Positions 28,738-40,014 of a stretch of 56,196 nucleotides of DNA are shown here, piece by piece (the stretch's first letter is position 1; each line of letters begins with the position of its first letter). Source of the DNA: Gammaproteobacteria bacterium (GTDB lineage: Bacteria; Pseudomonadota; Gammaproteobacteria; SZUA-229); contig JAJRUQ010000118.1 in assembly GCA_024277705.1 (NCBI GenBank), positions 1-56,196 of the forward strand. Direction: 5' to 3'. A model generated the notes under the pieces. The model saw only the letters and a program-made list of their open reading frames with translations. It had not been told where the DNA came from and did not search any database. Position numbers and translations under genes: made by a program.

Positions 28738-30438
28738 ATGCTGAAACATCTATACATTCGAAACTTTGCCATCATCGATGAACTGGAGCTGGATTTCAAT
28801 ACCGGTCTTACTGCACTCACTGGTGAGACCGGTGCCGGTAAATCTATTCTGCTCGGCGCTTTGAATCTGGTACTGGGTGACCGGGCGGATAACGATAGCG
28901 TCAAACAGGGAAGTGACTTTGCCGAAATAGTTGCTGAATTTGATATCCAACATTTAAACAATGTTTCAAGCTGGCTGGTTTCACAGGAATTAAATGCCGA
29001 TGATGAATGCATCTTGCGCCGGCGTATTGCAAAAGATGGCCGCTCACGGGCATACATCAATAGCACACCGGTAAATCTACAGAATATTCGTGAGCTGGCA
29101 GAGATGCTTATTGATATTCATGGCCAGCATGAACACCAGTCAATAATGAAAAACAGCGTACAAAGGCAGTTGCTGGACGATTATGCCAAACACTCACCGC
29201 TACTCGAATCCGTCAGTAACCTGTATGTTGAATTAAAACTGGTTGAGGAGCAATTACAGCATTTGCAGCAAAACAGTAATGCACAGAATAACCGGCTTGA
29301 CCTGTTACGTTTTCAAACCCGTGAACTCGAAACACTGGCACTGGAAGAAAATGAATACCAGCTGCTGGACCGCCAGCACAAACGCATGGCCAATGCTGAA
29401 AAACTGCATGAAACGGTGGCGCAGGCTATCTATCAGTTAAGTGAAGACGAAAGCAGTAATGTGCAATCCGCGGTATCACATATTATTAGTTCATTAGCTG
29501 AAATTTCTGATATTGATGAAAAGCTGTTACCTGCTTCGGAAATGCTAACCGAAGCACTGGTGCAGATTGATGAAAGCGTTTCTCTGCTGCAAAGCTACCG
29601 CGATACGATTGATACGGATACCGCAGAACTTGCCAGAACTGAACAACGCATTCAAAGTATTCTCGACCTGTCACGCAAACACCGTGTCGAACCGGAGACT
29701 CTGTTTGCTTTACATCAACAACTGCTAACCGAACTGAACGATATTGATCATGTTGATGAAAGACTGGATGAACTGGCGATACAGCAAAATGAACTATTGG
29801 AAAAGTATACCGCCGCCTGTAACAGGCTCAGTCTCAGCCGACAAAAAGCTGCCGGTGTTTTAAACCATAAAATTACCGGCTCCATGCAGACGCTGGGAAT
29901 GAGTGGCGGCAAGTTTGAAATAAGCATTAACAGCATTACCGGTAAACGCACCGCCTATGGCCTGGATACGATTGAATTTACCGTCACCGCCAATGCCGGA
30001 CAGGCTTGCAAACCGCTATCCCGGGTTGCCTCCGGTGGTGAACTGGCCCGTATCAGCCTTGCGATTCAGATGATTATTGCCAATAACAGCAGAATTCCTT
30101 CACTCATTTTTGATGAAGTTGATAGCGGCGTGGGTGGCGGTATCGCAGAAATTGTCGGTCAGCATCTGCGTACGCTTGCCACCATCAATAAAGGCAGCAA
30201 CAAAGGCTATGCCAATCAGGTTATTTGTATTACTCACCTGCCGCAGGTTGCTTCACAGGCACACAATCATTTACGGGTTGAAAAGCTGACTCGGAAAAAA
30301 CAAACCACCAGCCAGGTTATTCAACTAACCGCCGAGCAGCGGCGTCAGGAAATTGCCCGCATGTTAAGCGGAGTGGAAATTACCGAACAGTCGTTAGCGC
30401 ATGCCGATGAAATGATTGCACGCACTCAGGACATTTAA
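28738..30438 (+). CDS. recN: DNA repair protein RecN
   Basis: It has MLKHLYIRNFAIIDELELDF, Walker A (GETGAGKS), a long coiled coil and a C-terminal SGGELARISLA / FDEVDSGVGG. Confidence 0.95.
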   Translation: MLKHLYIRNFAIIDELELDFNTGLTALTGETGAGKSILLGALNLVLGDRADNDSVKQGSDFAEIVAEFDIQHLNNVSSWLVSQELNADDECILRRRIAKDGRSRAYINSTPVNLQNIRELAEMLIDIHGQHEHQSIMKNSVQRQLLDDYAKHSPLLESVSNLYVELKLVEEQLQHLQQNSNAQNNRLDLLRFQTRELETLALEENEYQLLDRQHKRMANAEKLHETVAQAIYQLSEDESSNVQSAVSHIISSLAEISDIDEKLLPASEMLTEALVQIDESVSLLQSYRDTIDTDTAELARTEQRIQSILDLSRKHRVEPETLFALHQQLLTELNDIDHVDERLDELAIQQNELLEKYTAACNRLSLSRQKAAGVLNHKITGSMQTLGMSGGKFEISINSITGKRTAYGLDTIEFTVTANAGQACKPLSRVASGGELARISLAIQMIIANNSRIPSLIFDEVDSGVGGGIAEIVGQHLRTLATINKGSNKGYANQVICITHLPQVASQAHNHLRVEKLTRKKQTTSQVIQLTAEQRRQEIARMLSGVEITEQSLAHADEMIARTQDI

Positions 30439-30667
30439 CTTTTTTATTGTCCGATTGTCCGGTCGTACAGTAAGCTGTTTCCTTATACTCTCAAGTCGGC
30501 TGAAACACGCCAGCTCACAGGTTCTTTTTTATAAAGATGTTTGTTTACTTGCGCGACTGGCTTGCAAGCTTCAGCATTCACCAGCGTGACAGAAGAAAGA
30601 ACATAATGATTTTAATGCGCGCTGTTACCCGGCACAAAAGAAAGTCTTAAGTGATACTACTTTGACA

Positions 30668-30700
30668 TTCACTGATACACACATGATGTGTATCAGTGAA
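30668..30700. repeat. perfect 14-bp-stem hairpin TTCACTGATACACA-CATGA-TGTGTATCAGTGAA
   Basis: The inverted repeat is read directly from the sequence. It lies in the convergent recN/cspA gap and has no clear U-tract on either strand. Confidence 0.6.
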
Positions 30701-30775
30701 TTTACAGAATGTTAACGTAATCTTTTACCATTAAGGGCTATATACTGCCTGTGCCCTTAAGCTAAACGCTCGTCA

Positions 30776-30985
30776 TTAACAGGGTGAGACGTCTTCCGCC
30801 TGAAAACCTTTATCGCTTTTAACAACAGTAAACTCTACCTGTTGACCATCCGCTAAAGATTTATAACCTTCACCACGAATTTGATTGAAGTGTACAAATA
30901 CATCTTCGCCATCTTGTCTTTCGATAAATCCAAATCCTTTAGAATTATTAAACCACTTTACAGTACCAGTTTCACGATCAGCCAT
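30776..30985 (-). CDS. cold-shock protein, CspA family
   Basis: It has [15 protein letters not shown] (RNP1) and VFVHF (RNP2) and is 69 aa. About 200 nt of upstream non-coding sequence is consistent with a long csp leader. Confidence 0.93.
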   Translation of the reverse strand: MADRETGTVKWFNNSKGFGFIERQDGEDVFVHFNQIRGEGYKSLADGQQVEFTVVKSDKGFQAEDVSPC

Positions 30986-31185
30986 TACAGCTCCATTTTG
31001 TTCATTTACACAGAACGCTAATTGTATATCAGCATGACAAAGGAAAACAATACCATTTTTATAAATATTTAAATTAGAATATTAACGTAAGTTAATGCTG
31101 TATATAGAAAAAATCTTTTACTAAAACAAAAAAAGCGCTGCCATTTATATAAAACGGTCAGCGCTTTTTTTATGATAAAAAATGT

Positions 31186-31542
31186 TTAAATTAAATCTTT
31201 ACCCTGTGATTCTATCCGTGAAATAAGCTGTGAAGGCTGCTTTAAATTATTAAACAACTCATCATAATTTGCATTCATCCACGATGAAAATGCCTGTTTA
31301 TCTTTTTTCCCCATAAGCTCGGCCAGTGCATCAAGATTTTCTCCTTCACCCTGTGCCGCTTCTTTTTGAATAGAGGCCAGCCGGACATCAACAAACCTGT
31401 TAAGCGTTACATCCGGTGTTACCGCATCAACCGCACCGCTGGTAGTAGAGGTTACTTCAGTAAGGCTGCAAGCTCCCAGTAATAATACACCGGAAAACAA
31501 CACGCCTTTAAGAATCCATATTGACTGCTTATTTATATTCAT
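31186..31542 (-). CDS. small lipoprotein (DUF3015-like by recollection)
   Basis: It has a signal peptide with a lipobox (LLLGAC). The AAQGEGENLDALAELMG block resembles DUF3015 proteins. Confidence 0.5.
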   Translation of the reverse strand: MNINKQSIWILKGVLFSGVLLLGACSLTEVTSTTSGAVDAVTPDVTLNRFVDVRLASIQKEAAQGEGENLDALAELMGKKDKQAFSSWMNANYDELFNNLKQPSQLISRIESQGKDLI

Positions 31543-31666
31543 ATTTTACTGCCACCTTGTTATCAATTTTAAATATTAATCGAATCTGTCATCCAGGTTG
31601 TGAGTTGTTCACCAGTCTGACGCTGTATCATTCTGTATAAATTATTTGCCACTATGGCCTGTCATT

Positions 31667-32635
31667 TTAATACCTGATTAAAGCTGAACCCCAGGTAAAG
31701 CCACCACCAAAAGCCTCAAGTAATAATATTTCACCGCGTTTGATTCTACCATCACGTACCGCGGTGTCCAGAGCCAGAGGAACAGAGGCAGCGGATGTGT
31801 TGCCATGCTTATGCACGGTAACAACGACATGATCGGTCGACATTTTAAGCTTTTTAGCTGTGGCGTTGATAATACGAATGTTTGCCTGATGCGGAACCAG
31901 CCAGTCAATGTCAGATTTTTGCATATTGTTATATGCCAGCGTCTCATCAACAATGCGTCCCAGAGTATTCACCGCCATCTTGAATACTTCGTTGCCTTTC
32001 ATCTGAATGCCGCCGGCACCTTCAAGGATCATGTCTGACCTCGTTGAAACACCGTAATTCACTGTCAGTAGACTTTCGTATTCGCCATCGGCATGAAGAT
32101 GCGTCGATAATATCCCCTGCTCGTCGCTTTCCTGCAATATCACTGCACCGGCACCGTCACCGAACAAAACACAGGTATTGCGATCCGTCCAGTCAACGAC
32201 ACGAGACAGGGTTTCGGCACCGATAATAAGTGCACATTTTGCAGAACCGGCACGAAAAAACTTGTCGGCAATACCCAGCGCATAAACAAAACCGGTACAG
32301 ACCGCCTGTACATCAAACGCGGCACAGCCATGAATATCCAGGCGCTGTTGCAATAAACAGGCAGTACTGGGGAACACCCGGTCAGCAGTGGTGGTACCAA
32401 CAATGATCAGATCGATATCATCGCTGGTAACACCGGCAGCCTGCATGGCATTAATCGCAGCTTTTTCAGCAAGGTCAACGGTATATTCACCGTCGGCAGC
32501 GATATGACGTTCTTCGATACCGGTACGTGAACGTATCCACTCATCCGTAGTATCCACCATGCTTTCCAGTTCGGCGTTGGTCAGCGTTTTTTCAGGTAAA
32601 TAACTGCCAGTACCGGTAATTTTTGCGTAGCTCAC
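31667..32635 (-). CDS. fabH: 3-oxoacyl-ACP synthase III
   Basis: The active-site Cys sits in the context AVCTGF, with HQAN and GNTSAAS motifs. The start is placed at GTG 32635, preceded by GGAGA. The track start is TTG 32653. Confidence 0.92.
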   Translation of the reverse strand: MSYAKITGTGSYLPEKTLTNAELESMVDTTDEWIRSRTGIEERHIAADGEYTVDLAEKAAINAMQAAGVTSDDIDLIIVGTTTADRVFPSTACLLQQRLDIHGCAAFDVQAVCTGFVYALGIADKFFRAGSAKCALIIGAETLSRVVDWTDRNTCVLFGDGAGAVILQESDEQGILSTHLHADGEYESLLTVNYGVSTRSDMILEGAGGIQMKGNEVFKMAVNTLGRIVDETLAYNNMQKSDIDWLVPHQANIRIINATAKKLKMSTDHVVVTVHKHGNTSAASVPLALDTAVRDGRIKRGEILLLEAFGGGFTWGSALIRY

Positions 32636-32659
32636 GCTTTGTCTCCACTTCAATATTGA

Positions 32660-33697
32660 TTATATGTTTGCTGATAACGACCGGTCCGAGTCCGGTGCCA
32701 TGCATTCACGGATATGATCGGGTACTGATTTTTCAACTTCCAGAACAGCAATATCAATGGCATTGCTATAACTTAACACATCCGCACCCCCGTGACTTTT
32801 AATGACAATGCCGGTTAAACCCAGCATAGAAGCGCCATTATACATACGCGGGTCAACACGTTTTTTAAACCGCTTGAGTACCGGCATCGCAATTAAGCCG
32901 GACAGTCTAGATAATGTTGTACGCCTGAATTCATCACGCATCATGTTAGAAATCATTTTAGCCACACCTTCCATGGTCTTCAGCGATACATTACCGACAA
33001 AACCATCACATACCACTACATCAACTTTATCACTGTAGATGTCATCGCCTTCAACAAAACCGATGTAGTTAAAATATCCCTGTTGCAAACCGGTTTGCAG
33101 TAATTTATGGGCTGTTTTTACCTGGGCATTTCCCTTGCTGTCTTCAGAACCGATGTTAAGCAAACCTACTTTGGGCTTATGCGTATTATCAACGGCTTCT
33201 GCCAGCACCGACCCCATCACCGCAAACTGAAACAGATGCTCTGCACTGCTGTCAACATTAGCCCCCAGGTCCAGCATGTGGGTATGGCCGCCATAAGACG
33301 GAATAGTTGTACAGATAGCAGGCCGGTCGATGCCCGGCAGGGTTTTCAGGACAAATTTTGCAGTTGCCATCAAAGCACCGGTGTTACCGGCACTAACCAC
33401 AGCCTGCGCTCTTTGCTGCTTCACCATATCAATGGCCACGCGCATCGAAGAGTCTTTCTTCTTGCGCACCGCATGGCGAGGGTCATCATGCATTTCAACA
33501 ACCTGTGAGGCATGCTGAATTTCAAAATGTTTATCCAGATTGATTTTGTGCTGCCGGGCGCAATCACGTAAGCGTGATTCATCACCCACAAGTATGATGT
33601 GTAGTTTTTTATGTTTTTTTACTGCCTTTACAGCAGCAGGTATTACGACTTCAGGACCGAAGTCGCCACCCATGGCATCTAAAGCGATGGTCGCCAT
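32660..33697 (-). CDS. plsX: phosphate acyltransferase PlsX
   Basis: IALDAMGGDFGP and VVCDGFVGN motifs are present. Confidence 0.94.
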   Translation of the reverse strand: MATIALDAMGGDFGPEVVIPAAVKAVKKHKKLHIILVGDESRLRDCARQHKINLDKHFEIQHASQVVEMHDDPRHAVRKKKDSSMRVAIDMVKQQRAQAVVSAGNTGALMATAKFVLKTLPGIDRPAICTTIPSYGGHTHMLDLGANVDSSAEHLFQFAVMGSVLAEAVDNTHKPKVGLLNIGSEDSKGNAQVKTAHKLLQTGLQQGYFNYIGFVEGDDIYSDKVDVVVCDGFVGNVSLKTMEGVAKMISNMMRDEFRRTTLSRLSGLIAMPVLKRFKKRVDPRMYNGASMLGLTGIVIKSHGGADVLSYSNAIDIAVLEVEKSVPDHIRECMAPDSDRSLSANI

Positions 33698-33714
33698 CTT
33701 AATGATTAATAAAA

Positions 33715-33825
33715 CAGGGGCAGTGTCATATTTAATGAAACGGAATAAAACAGGGTCGCAGTCATATTTATCATGCGCACGATAGTATTAAAACTTCACA
33801 CAATGAAATATGACTCCGACCCCTG
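33715..33825. repeat. cluster of three GGGTCGSAGTCATATTT-family copies (two direct, one inverted) in the rpmF-plsX spacer
   Basis: The copies are CAGGGGCAGTGTCATATTTA (33715-33734), CAGGGTCGCAGTCATATTTA (33751-33770) and the inverted AAATATGACTCCGACCCCTG (33806-33825). A partial GTCGACCCC follows. Confidence 0.7.
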
Positions 33826-33853
33826 TGCGTCGACCCCGATGTTTCACTAAAAA

Positions 33854-34042
33854 TTATTCTTCAAATGCGTCGCTTGTTTCAACAACTTTACGGCCTTTAT
33901 AATAACCGTCAGCAGTTACATGATGACGATAATGGGTTTCACCCGAAGTAGGGTCAACAGATAATGTTGCACCACCAATTGCATCATGTGAACGACGCAT
34001 GCCACGCTTTGAACGTGATTTTCTGCTCTTTTGAACTGCCAC
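33854..34042 (-). CDS. rpmF: 50S ribosomal protein L32
   Basis: The N-terminus is [20 protein letters not shown]. Confidence 0.96.
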   Translation of the reverse strand: MAVQKSRKSRSKRGMRRSHDAIGGATLSVDPTSGETHYRHHVTADGYYKGRKVVETSDAFEE

Positions 34043-34119
34043 GGAACTCTCCTGAACGTTTTCTTGCAGATATTCATCTGCTTGTAAAAAATTATTTTCT
34101 AAATGTATTAGTAAAAGGC

Positions 34120-34677
34120 CTAATTTACCTTTTTGTCTTTTAAACCATTTTTCATGGCCTGCAAAGCCGCAAACGGATGCGATGCTTCTTTTTCCGCCTG
34201 CATTTTTTCACGAACACCACCGGCTTCGTCCTGCGCATTCATAAAATCAGAACAGGCAGTTTCATGCACGGTGACCATTGGAATGCTCAACAACAGTTCA
34301 TCCTCAATGATATCAATAACAGACTGCTCTTCCCCATCCAGCAGATAAGGCTCGAACTCTTCCGGCAACAGTTCAGAATCATCGTCACTGTTGACCAATG
34401 CAAATTTAAAATGGCCACATACCTTTATTGCCATCGGTTGTAAACACCGCTGGCACTGTGTCATTAATGTGGCGCTCACTTTACCTTTTAAACTGGCAAA
34501 ACCGACACTGTCACCAAACTCAAGCTTTACCTTAACAAAGCCATCACTGCTGGTTAACACATCACATAAACGGGGCATCGCCGATATCGGATAGACACCC
34601 TCTAATATTCGATTTCGTTCTACCTGAAGCATAAAATTAACCGCATCAGGCAGCACTCCAGGCACTTGTGTCTGCAT
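34120..34677 (-). CDS. yceD: YceD/DUF177 large-subunit accumulation protein
   Basis: It is upstream of rpmF, has a CQRC motif and an acidic C-terminal half. Confidence 0.82.
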   Translation of the reverse strand: MQTQVPGVLPDAVNFMLQVERNRILEGVYPISAMPRLCDVLTSSDGFVKVKLEFGDSVGFASLKGKVSATLMTQCQRCLQPMAIKVCGHFKFALVNSDDDSELLPEEFEPYLLDGEEQSVIDIIEDELLLSIPMVTVHETACSDFMNAQDEAGGVREKMQAEKEASHPFAALQAMKNGLKDKKVN

Positions 34678-34883
34678 AATCGGCTAATTCTACAGCATAT
34701 TAATAAAACTGTATATATTATATGAATTTTTCCCTATACAATTCAACAGCTTCTAATGGATTGCCCTAAGTCGTTTAAATTCTCAGAAAAAACCAGGAAA
34801 AAATGCAGTGTTAAGCGTTTTTATATAAAATACCATAGTATTCATAAACACATCAGTAAGCCACTGACTTATATAGAAATAAC

Positions 34884-35462
34884 ATGAAACTTGTTCTCGG
34901 ATCCACCTCACCGTTCAGAAAAGCACTGCTTGCACGGTTACAGCTCGACTTCGAAACCGACGCCCCCGACATTGATGAAACCCCGCTGCAAAACGAAGCG
35001 GTAGAAAAGATGGTGCTGCGTCTGTCGATTGCGAAAGCGAAAGCCATTGCCCCGCGTCATGCCGACAGCCTTATCATCGGCTCCGATCAAAGCGCTGTTT
35101 TGAATGGAAAAAAACTGAGCAAACCCGGTAATTTTGATAATGCATTCAAGCAGTTAACAGAAGCCTCCGGTCAAAAAATTATTTTTCAGACAGGCCTGTG
35201 CCTGCTCAATAGCAGAACCGGTAATATTCAAAGTTGCTGTGTGCCTTATACCGTTATATTTAAAACATTAACACCAGCTATAATCCGCAATTATCTGCAC
35301 AAGGAAGAACCCTATAACTGTGCCGGCAGTTTTAAATCTGAGGCGCTGGGCATCGCTCTTTTTGAACGATTTGAAGGCAGTGATCCAAATGCCTTAATTG
35401 GTCTACCCTTGATCGAACTGGTCAATTTTCTTGAAAATGAGGGCATTTCAATACTTGATTGA
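34884..35462 (+). CDS. maf: Maf-like nucleoside triphosphate pyrophosphatase (YceF type)
   Basis: It has LGSTSPFRKALL and GSDQ motifs and is divergent from yceD as in enterobacteria. Confidence 0.88.
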   Translation: MKLVLGSTSPFRKALLARLQLDFETDAPDIDETPLQNEAVEKMVLRLSIAKAKAIAPRHADSLIIGSDQSAVLNGKKLSKPGNFDNAFKQLTEASGQKIIFQTGLCLLNSRTGNIQSCCVPYTVIFKTLTPAIIRNYLHKEEPYNCAGSFKSEALGIALFERFEGSDPNALIGLPLIELVNFLENEGISILD

Positions 35463-35496
35463 TGCTTTTGCTGACAATTGACCTGGTTTAAACGTC

Positions 35497-36150
35497 TTAT
35501 TTCTGTATAAGGGTCAGCGCGCTGCCGCTATGCTCAATATTCAACCGTTGCAGAAATGTCATACCGAGTAAAACAGGGCCGGGATGATTGCCTTCAATAA
35601 CCAGCGCCTCCACATTTTTTTCGATAACACCACCGATAGTAACGGTTTTAAGATTTACACTGTATGCATCTTTAAATTCGGAGGCCGTACTGACACTCGC
35701 TGGTGACCCTGTTTTGTCGTAACGAATACCCAGCTGTTTTGCCTGCTCGCTATTCATTGCAATCGCACTGGCACCGGTATCAACAAGAAAGCGTACAGAA
35801 CGCCCGTTAATGCTGCCATGCGTCATATACATACCCGTGGAGTTTTTATAAATGGTTACTTTGTTAGTCTTTCGTTTTGTATATGTGGTGGCAACCGTAG
35901 TGCTACCCACATCATATTGTTTCTGCTGGCCGTCAATTTCCAGCACCGCCCCGCGACTGTTCGCCGATATCAGCTTTACTCCTTCAGGACTGACCTCACC
36001 GACCGAAAGAACATGACGACTGCCATCAATCATCAGCACCGCTTTGTTTGAAAACAAACCCTGAATCTCAATCGTATCTACAGCCTGTACTGCAGTATTC
36101 ATGGTTAACAGACTCAGCAGTAACAGAAATCGCTTTATTAAAAAATTCAT
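35497..36150 (-). CDS. secreted retropepsin-like (clan AA) aspartic protease
   Basis: It has a signal peptide and a D-T-G active-site motif in FLVDTGASAIAM. It starts 2 nt after the pgpA stop. Confidence 0.75.
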   Translation of the reverse strand: MNFLIKRFLLLLSLLTMNTAVQAVDTIEIQGLFSNKAVLMIDGSRHVLSVGEVSPEGVKLISANSRGAVLEIDGQQKQYDVGSTTVATTYTKRKTNKVTIYKNSTGMYMTHGSINGRSVRFLVDTGASAIAMNSEQAKQLGIRYDKTGSPASVSTASEFKDAYSVNLKTVTIGGVIEKNVEALVIEGNHPGPVLLGMTFLQRLNIEHSGSALTLIQK

Positions 36151-36152
36151 AA

Positions 36153-36647
36153 TCAGAGTTGGCCTGTATAAATCTGCGCAAGGATTAGTAAAAACAGGCT
36201 GATTAAGCCGGCAAGCACATCATCAATCATAATACCAAAACCGCCTCCGACGTTCCTGTCCAGCCATGAAATCGGCCATGGTTTTGCCGCATCAAAAAAT
36301 CGAAACAGAACAAAGCCTGCCAACATCCATGGCCAGCCGGCGGGCACCATAAACATGGTAATCAAAAATCCGGCCAGCTCATCATAAACAATACCTGAAT
36401 GATCGTGAACCTGCAGCTGTTTTGCGGCATAGCCACAAACCCATGAGCCCGTTACCAGCACAAACAGGGTGACAATGATATAAAGCAGCAAGCTTTGTTG
36501 CTGCAGAAAATAAACCAGTGGCACCGCCAGCAAGGTGCCTGCCGTGCCGGGAGCTTTCGGTGACAAACCACTGCCCAGTCCCATGGCGAGGAAAACCACT
36601 GGATCCTTCAATTCGTGTAAATAAATTTTTCTGTTTTTCTCTGACAT
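36153..36647 (-). CDS. pgpA: phosphatidylglycerophosphatase A
   Basis: GLGSGLSPKAPGTAGT and IMIDDVLAG motifs are present. Confidence 0.9.
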   Translation of the reverse strand: MSEKNRKIYLHELKDPVVFLAMGLGSGLSPKAPGTAGTLLAVPLVYFLQQQSLLLYIIVTLFVLVTGSWVCGYAAKQLQVHDHSGIVYDELAGFLITMFMVPAGWPWMLAGFVLFRFFDAAKPWPISWLDRNVGGGFGIMIDDVLAGLISLFLLILAQIYTGQL

Positions 36648-36760
36648 AATAGTATTATCTTACACTGCTGCTGCGGATGAACCGATAACAATACACGGCA
36701 AACAGCATAACGATTTTCACTCGCAACAACAATCTTAACGGCACAGCAATAAGACTTCTG

Positions 36761-37729
36761 TTAAAAATGAGAGAAGCCACCTTCAGAGAAACTTACCGGC
36801 TTGTTGTGTTTATCAACACAAACAAGTTTGCCACTTGTTGTAACTTCGCCAATACAGGATATGGTTAAGGAATGTTTTTCGGCCAGCCGGATAACATCCC
36901 TGGCATGCTGTTTATTGGCGGTAAAACACAGTTCATAATCATCGCCACGGGTTAGCAGCATCGACCAGTCGATATCGCCTTGACAGTATTGCTTGAAATA
37001 ATAATTTGCAGCCGCCGATATTGGTATCGCAGACAAGTCAATTTCAGCACCACAGTGACTGGCTTTTAAAATATGCCCCAGGTCAGCCAGCAAACCATCA
37101 GATACATCAATGGCACAATCGGCATAATGTAATAAGGCCTCGGCAAAATGCACTCTGGCTTCAGGACGGTTCAACCGGTCGATACAAGAGGCTAATTTCA
37201 CGTCATGCAATGAATTCAGAATCGCGTGCAAACCAATAGCCGCATCACCGGGATAACCGGTAACATAAATATTATCACCGGCTTGTGCACTGTTACGGGT
37301 CAGGGTTTTTTCCTTATCACACAAGCCCATTGCCTGCACTGTAATAGACAAAGCACCTTTTGTGGTATCACCACCGATTAACGCAATGTTATAGCGTAGT
37401 AATACTTCAGCAAAAGTTGCAGAAAATTCCTGTAACCACTGACGGTTTATTTCCGGCAAGGTAATCGCCAGGGTTATCCATGCCGGTGATGCGCCCATTG
37501 CCGCAAGGTCACTCAAATTGACCATTATACTTTTACAGGCAATATCTTTCGCGCTGGTTTCGTGCGGAAAATGAACACCACTGATCAGGGTATCAGTGGT
37601 AATCAACAACTGTTTGTTTTCGGGGACGCTAACGCTGGCACAATCATCACCTGCCACGATTAATACATCGTCGCGTGATGATGGAAAAGTGAAAAACTGT
37701 TTTATGATATCGAACTCTGAATTGTTCAT
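36761..37729 (-). CDS. thiL: thiamine-monophosphate kinase
   Basis: It has an AIR-synthase-like fold (GDDCA, TTDTLISGVHF, GGDTT). Confidence 0.9.
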   Translation of the reverse strand: MNNSEFDIIKQFFTFPSSRDDVLIVAGDDCASVSVPENKQLLITTDTLISGVHFPHETSAKDIACKSIMVNLSDLAAMGASPAWITLAITLPEINRQWLQEFSATFAEVLLRYNIALIGGDTTKGALSITVQAMGLCDKEKTLTRNSAQAGDNIYVTGYPGDAAIGLHAILNSLHDVKLASCIDRLNRPEARVHFAEALLHYADCAIDVSDGLLADLGHILKASHCGAEIDLSAIPISAAANYYFKQYCQGDIDWSMLLTRGDDYELCFTANKQHARDVIRLAEKHSLTISCIGEVTTSGKLVCVDKHNKPVSFSEGGFSHF

Positions 37730-37780
37730 ATTAAGCTCGATGATTTAAGCGGAATTATTTTAACAATGCAGTTATCAGAT

Positions 37781-38260
37781 TTATACTTTTTTAGCCTGTA
37801 TTTCCAGATGACGCACTTCTTTTGCAACTTTATCCAGAACGGCATTGACAAAAGCATGACTGTTTTCAGCACAAAATTCCTTAGTGATATTAACCGCTTC
37901 ATTCAATACCACGCGATAAGGTACATCGATACGGTTAACGAACTCATAAGCAGCCAGACGTAAAATCGCACGCTCCACCGGATCAACCGATTCCACCTCA
38001 CGCGTCATGTATTTTCTCAACAAGGGATCCAGTTCGTTGATAGAGGAGGCAACGCCACTGACCAGTTCAGAAAAAAATCCTGCATCAAGTATGGCCATAT
38101 TATTTTCATCAACAAACTGCTGCTTGATCCCGGAGATGCTGTCACCGGTCATCTGCCACTGATAAATGGCCTGCATCGCCAGGCGCCGGGATCTCCCCCT
38201 TGCCTTTGCCACACTTTTTTTAGTCAGCGGTTCACTGCCTGTATTGCTTGTATCTGTCAT
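37781..38260 (-). CDS. nusB: transcription antitermination factor NusB
   Basis: It has RRLAMQAIYQW and sits in the ribH-nusB-thiL order. Confidence 0.92.
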   Translation of the reverse strand: MTDTSNTGSEPLTKKSVAKARGRSRRLAMQAIYQWQMTGDSISGIKQQFVDENNMAILDAGFFSELVSGVASSINELDPLLRKYMTREVESVDPVERAILRLAAYEFVNRIDVPYRVVLNEAVNITKEFCAENSHAFVNAVLDKVAKEVRHLEIQAKKV

Positions 38261-38299
38261 TGTTACCCGGCCATCTGCTGACGAATAGTTATCACTGAA

Positions 38300-38773
38300 C
38301 TAATCCAGCTGCTTGAAGATGTTGACCATTTCGATAGCAGCTGCGGCAGCTTCTGCCCCTTTGTTACCTGCTTTGGTACCGGCACGTTCAATTGTCTGTT
38401 CAATATTTTCTGTGGTCAGGATGCCATTGATAACGGGCATGCCACAGTCCAGTGCAATGGCAGATAAACCTTTCGCAGACTCGTTGGCAACAATATCAAA
38501 GTGCGGTGTAGCTCCGCGAATAACCGCACCTAGGGCAATTACAGCACTGTAGTTGCCGGATTGAGCCAGCCCCTGTACCGTTACCGGTAATTCAAAAGCA
38601 CCCGGTACACGAACCACGGTAATATCGCTTTCTGCCACTCCGTGACGAAGCAGTGTATCCATTGCGCCAGCCAGCAGGCTCTCGACGATAAAACCGTTAA
38701 AACGTGCAACCACAATCGCAAACCTGCCCTCTTTGTACTGCAGGCTGCCTTCAATAAAATTTACTTCACTCAT
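38300..38773 (-). CDS. ribH: 6,7-dimethyl-8-ribityllumazine synthase
   Basis: [18 protein letters not shown] and ALGAVIRG motifs are present. Confidence 0.95.
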   Translation of the reverse strand: MSEVNFIEGSLQYKEGRFAIVVARFNGFIVESLLAGAMDTLLRHGVAESDITVVRVPGAFELPVTVQGLAQSGNYSAVIALGAVIRGATPHFDIVANESAKGLSAIALDCGMPVINGILTTENIEQTIERAGTKAGNKGAEAAAAAIEMVNIFKQLD

Positions 38774-38831
38774 TGTTCATCTCTTATTCAATGTTATATT
38801 AATCTTTGATTATGCATTATCCGGATGTGTT

Positions 38832-39950
38832 CTACGACTCACTGCCCGTCACATAATCAACCACTTCCAGACCGAAACCGGCAAGTCCGTGAATAACCTT
38901 AGGCGCGGTCATCAGCTTCATTTTTTTCACGCCAAGATCCATCAGTATCTGCGCACCAACACCATCGGTACGTAAATCAGCCGGCTGTTTGGTTTTCACA
39001 ACATCCTCATGCTCCGTTGTCGAATGCTCCGACATCCAGTTTAATACCACACTGTCTTCATCCGGCAAGCTTAACAAAACCACAACCCCCTGATCAGCTT
39101 TTGCAACCTGCTTTAAGGCATGCTGTAACGGCCATGATTTAGCATCAAGCAGCGCCAGGGAATCATTTAAAACATTTTTCATGTGTACACGCACATGCAC
39201 CGGTTGTGTCGGGTCGATTTCAGCGGTTGCATTCACCAGCGCATAATGCACCAGTGAGTCCAGACTATTGCGATAGGCAATCAGTGTAAAGTTACCGTAC
39301 TCCGATGGAAATTCACACTCGGCAATGCGGTTGACTGTTTTTTCATTTTTCAGCCGGTAGCTGATTAAGTCTTCAATGGTACCGATTTTCAAGTCATGTT
39401 CTTCAGCAAACGTTTCCAGATCAGGACGCCGCGCCATGGTACCGTCTTCGTTGAGAATTTCTACAATCATGGCACTGGGATCCAGCCCGGCGAGGCCGGC
39501 AAGGTCACAACCGGCTTCGGTATGACCGGCACGTGTTAACACCCCACCGGGCTGCGCCATTAATGGAAAAATATGCCCGGGCTGTACAATATCTTTAGGG
39601 CTGGCGTCCGGTTTTACCGCGGCCGCGATGGTTACCGCGCGGTCAGCCGCAGAGATCCCGGTAGTTACGCCTTCAGCTGCTTCAATTGACATGGTAAAGT
39701 TGGTGCTCTCCATGACATCAGTGCCATGAATCATCAGCGGCAGATTCAACTGCTGACAACGCTGCTGGGTCAAAGTCAAACAAATTAAACCACGACCATA
39801 ACGTGCCATAAAATTGACATCATCAGCACTGACCGCTGATGCCGCCATTAAAAGATCACCTTCATTTTCACGATCCTCATCATCCATAATAACAACCATT
39901 TTTCCCTGGCGAATGTCTTCAATGATTTCTTCAGTTGTATTCATTTTCAT
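38832..39950 (-). CDS. ribBA: bifunctional 3,4-dihydroxy-2-butanone-4-phosphate synthase / GTP cyclohydrolase II
   Basis: The DHBP synthase N-terminal half carries [11 protein letters not shown]. The GCH-II-like C-terminal half totals 372 aa. Confidence 0.9.
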   Translation of the reverse strand: MKMNTTEEIIEDIRQGKMVVIMDDEDRENEGDLLMAASAVSADDVNFMARYGRGLICLTLTQQRCQQLNLPLMIHGTDVMESTNFTMSIEAAEGVTTGISAADRAVTIAAAVKPDASPKDIVQPGHIFPLMAQPGGVLTRAGHTEAGCDLAGLAGLDPSAMIVEILNEDGTMARRPDLETFAEEHDLKIGTIEDLISYRLKNEKTVNRIAECEFPSEYGNFTLIAYRNSLDSLVHYALVNATAEIDPTQPVHVRVHMKNVLNDSLALLDAKSWPLQHALKQVAKADQGVVVLLSLPDEDSVVLNWMSEHSTTEHEDVVKTKQPADLRTDGVGAQILMDLGVKKMKLMTAPKVIHGLAGFGLEVVDYVTGSES

Positions 39951-40014
39951 AATAGTTATTTTTCTTTCCTGCCTTTATAGGGTGCGACCTGTATACAAAA
40001 ATTCAAGCGATAAA

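Noticed and set aside
30731-30760. TTAAGGGC...GCCCTTAA, immediately after the cspA stop, was considered as its terminator.
   Set aside because: The 8-bp stem has a 14-nt loop and no U-tract on the cspA strand. That is not enough to call a terminator.
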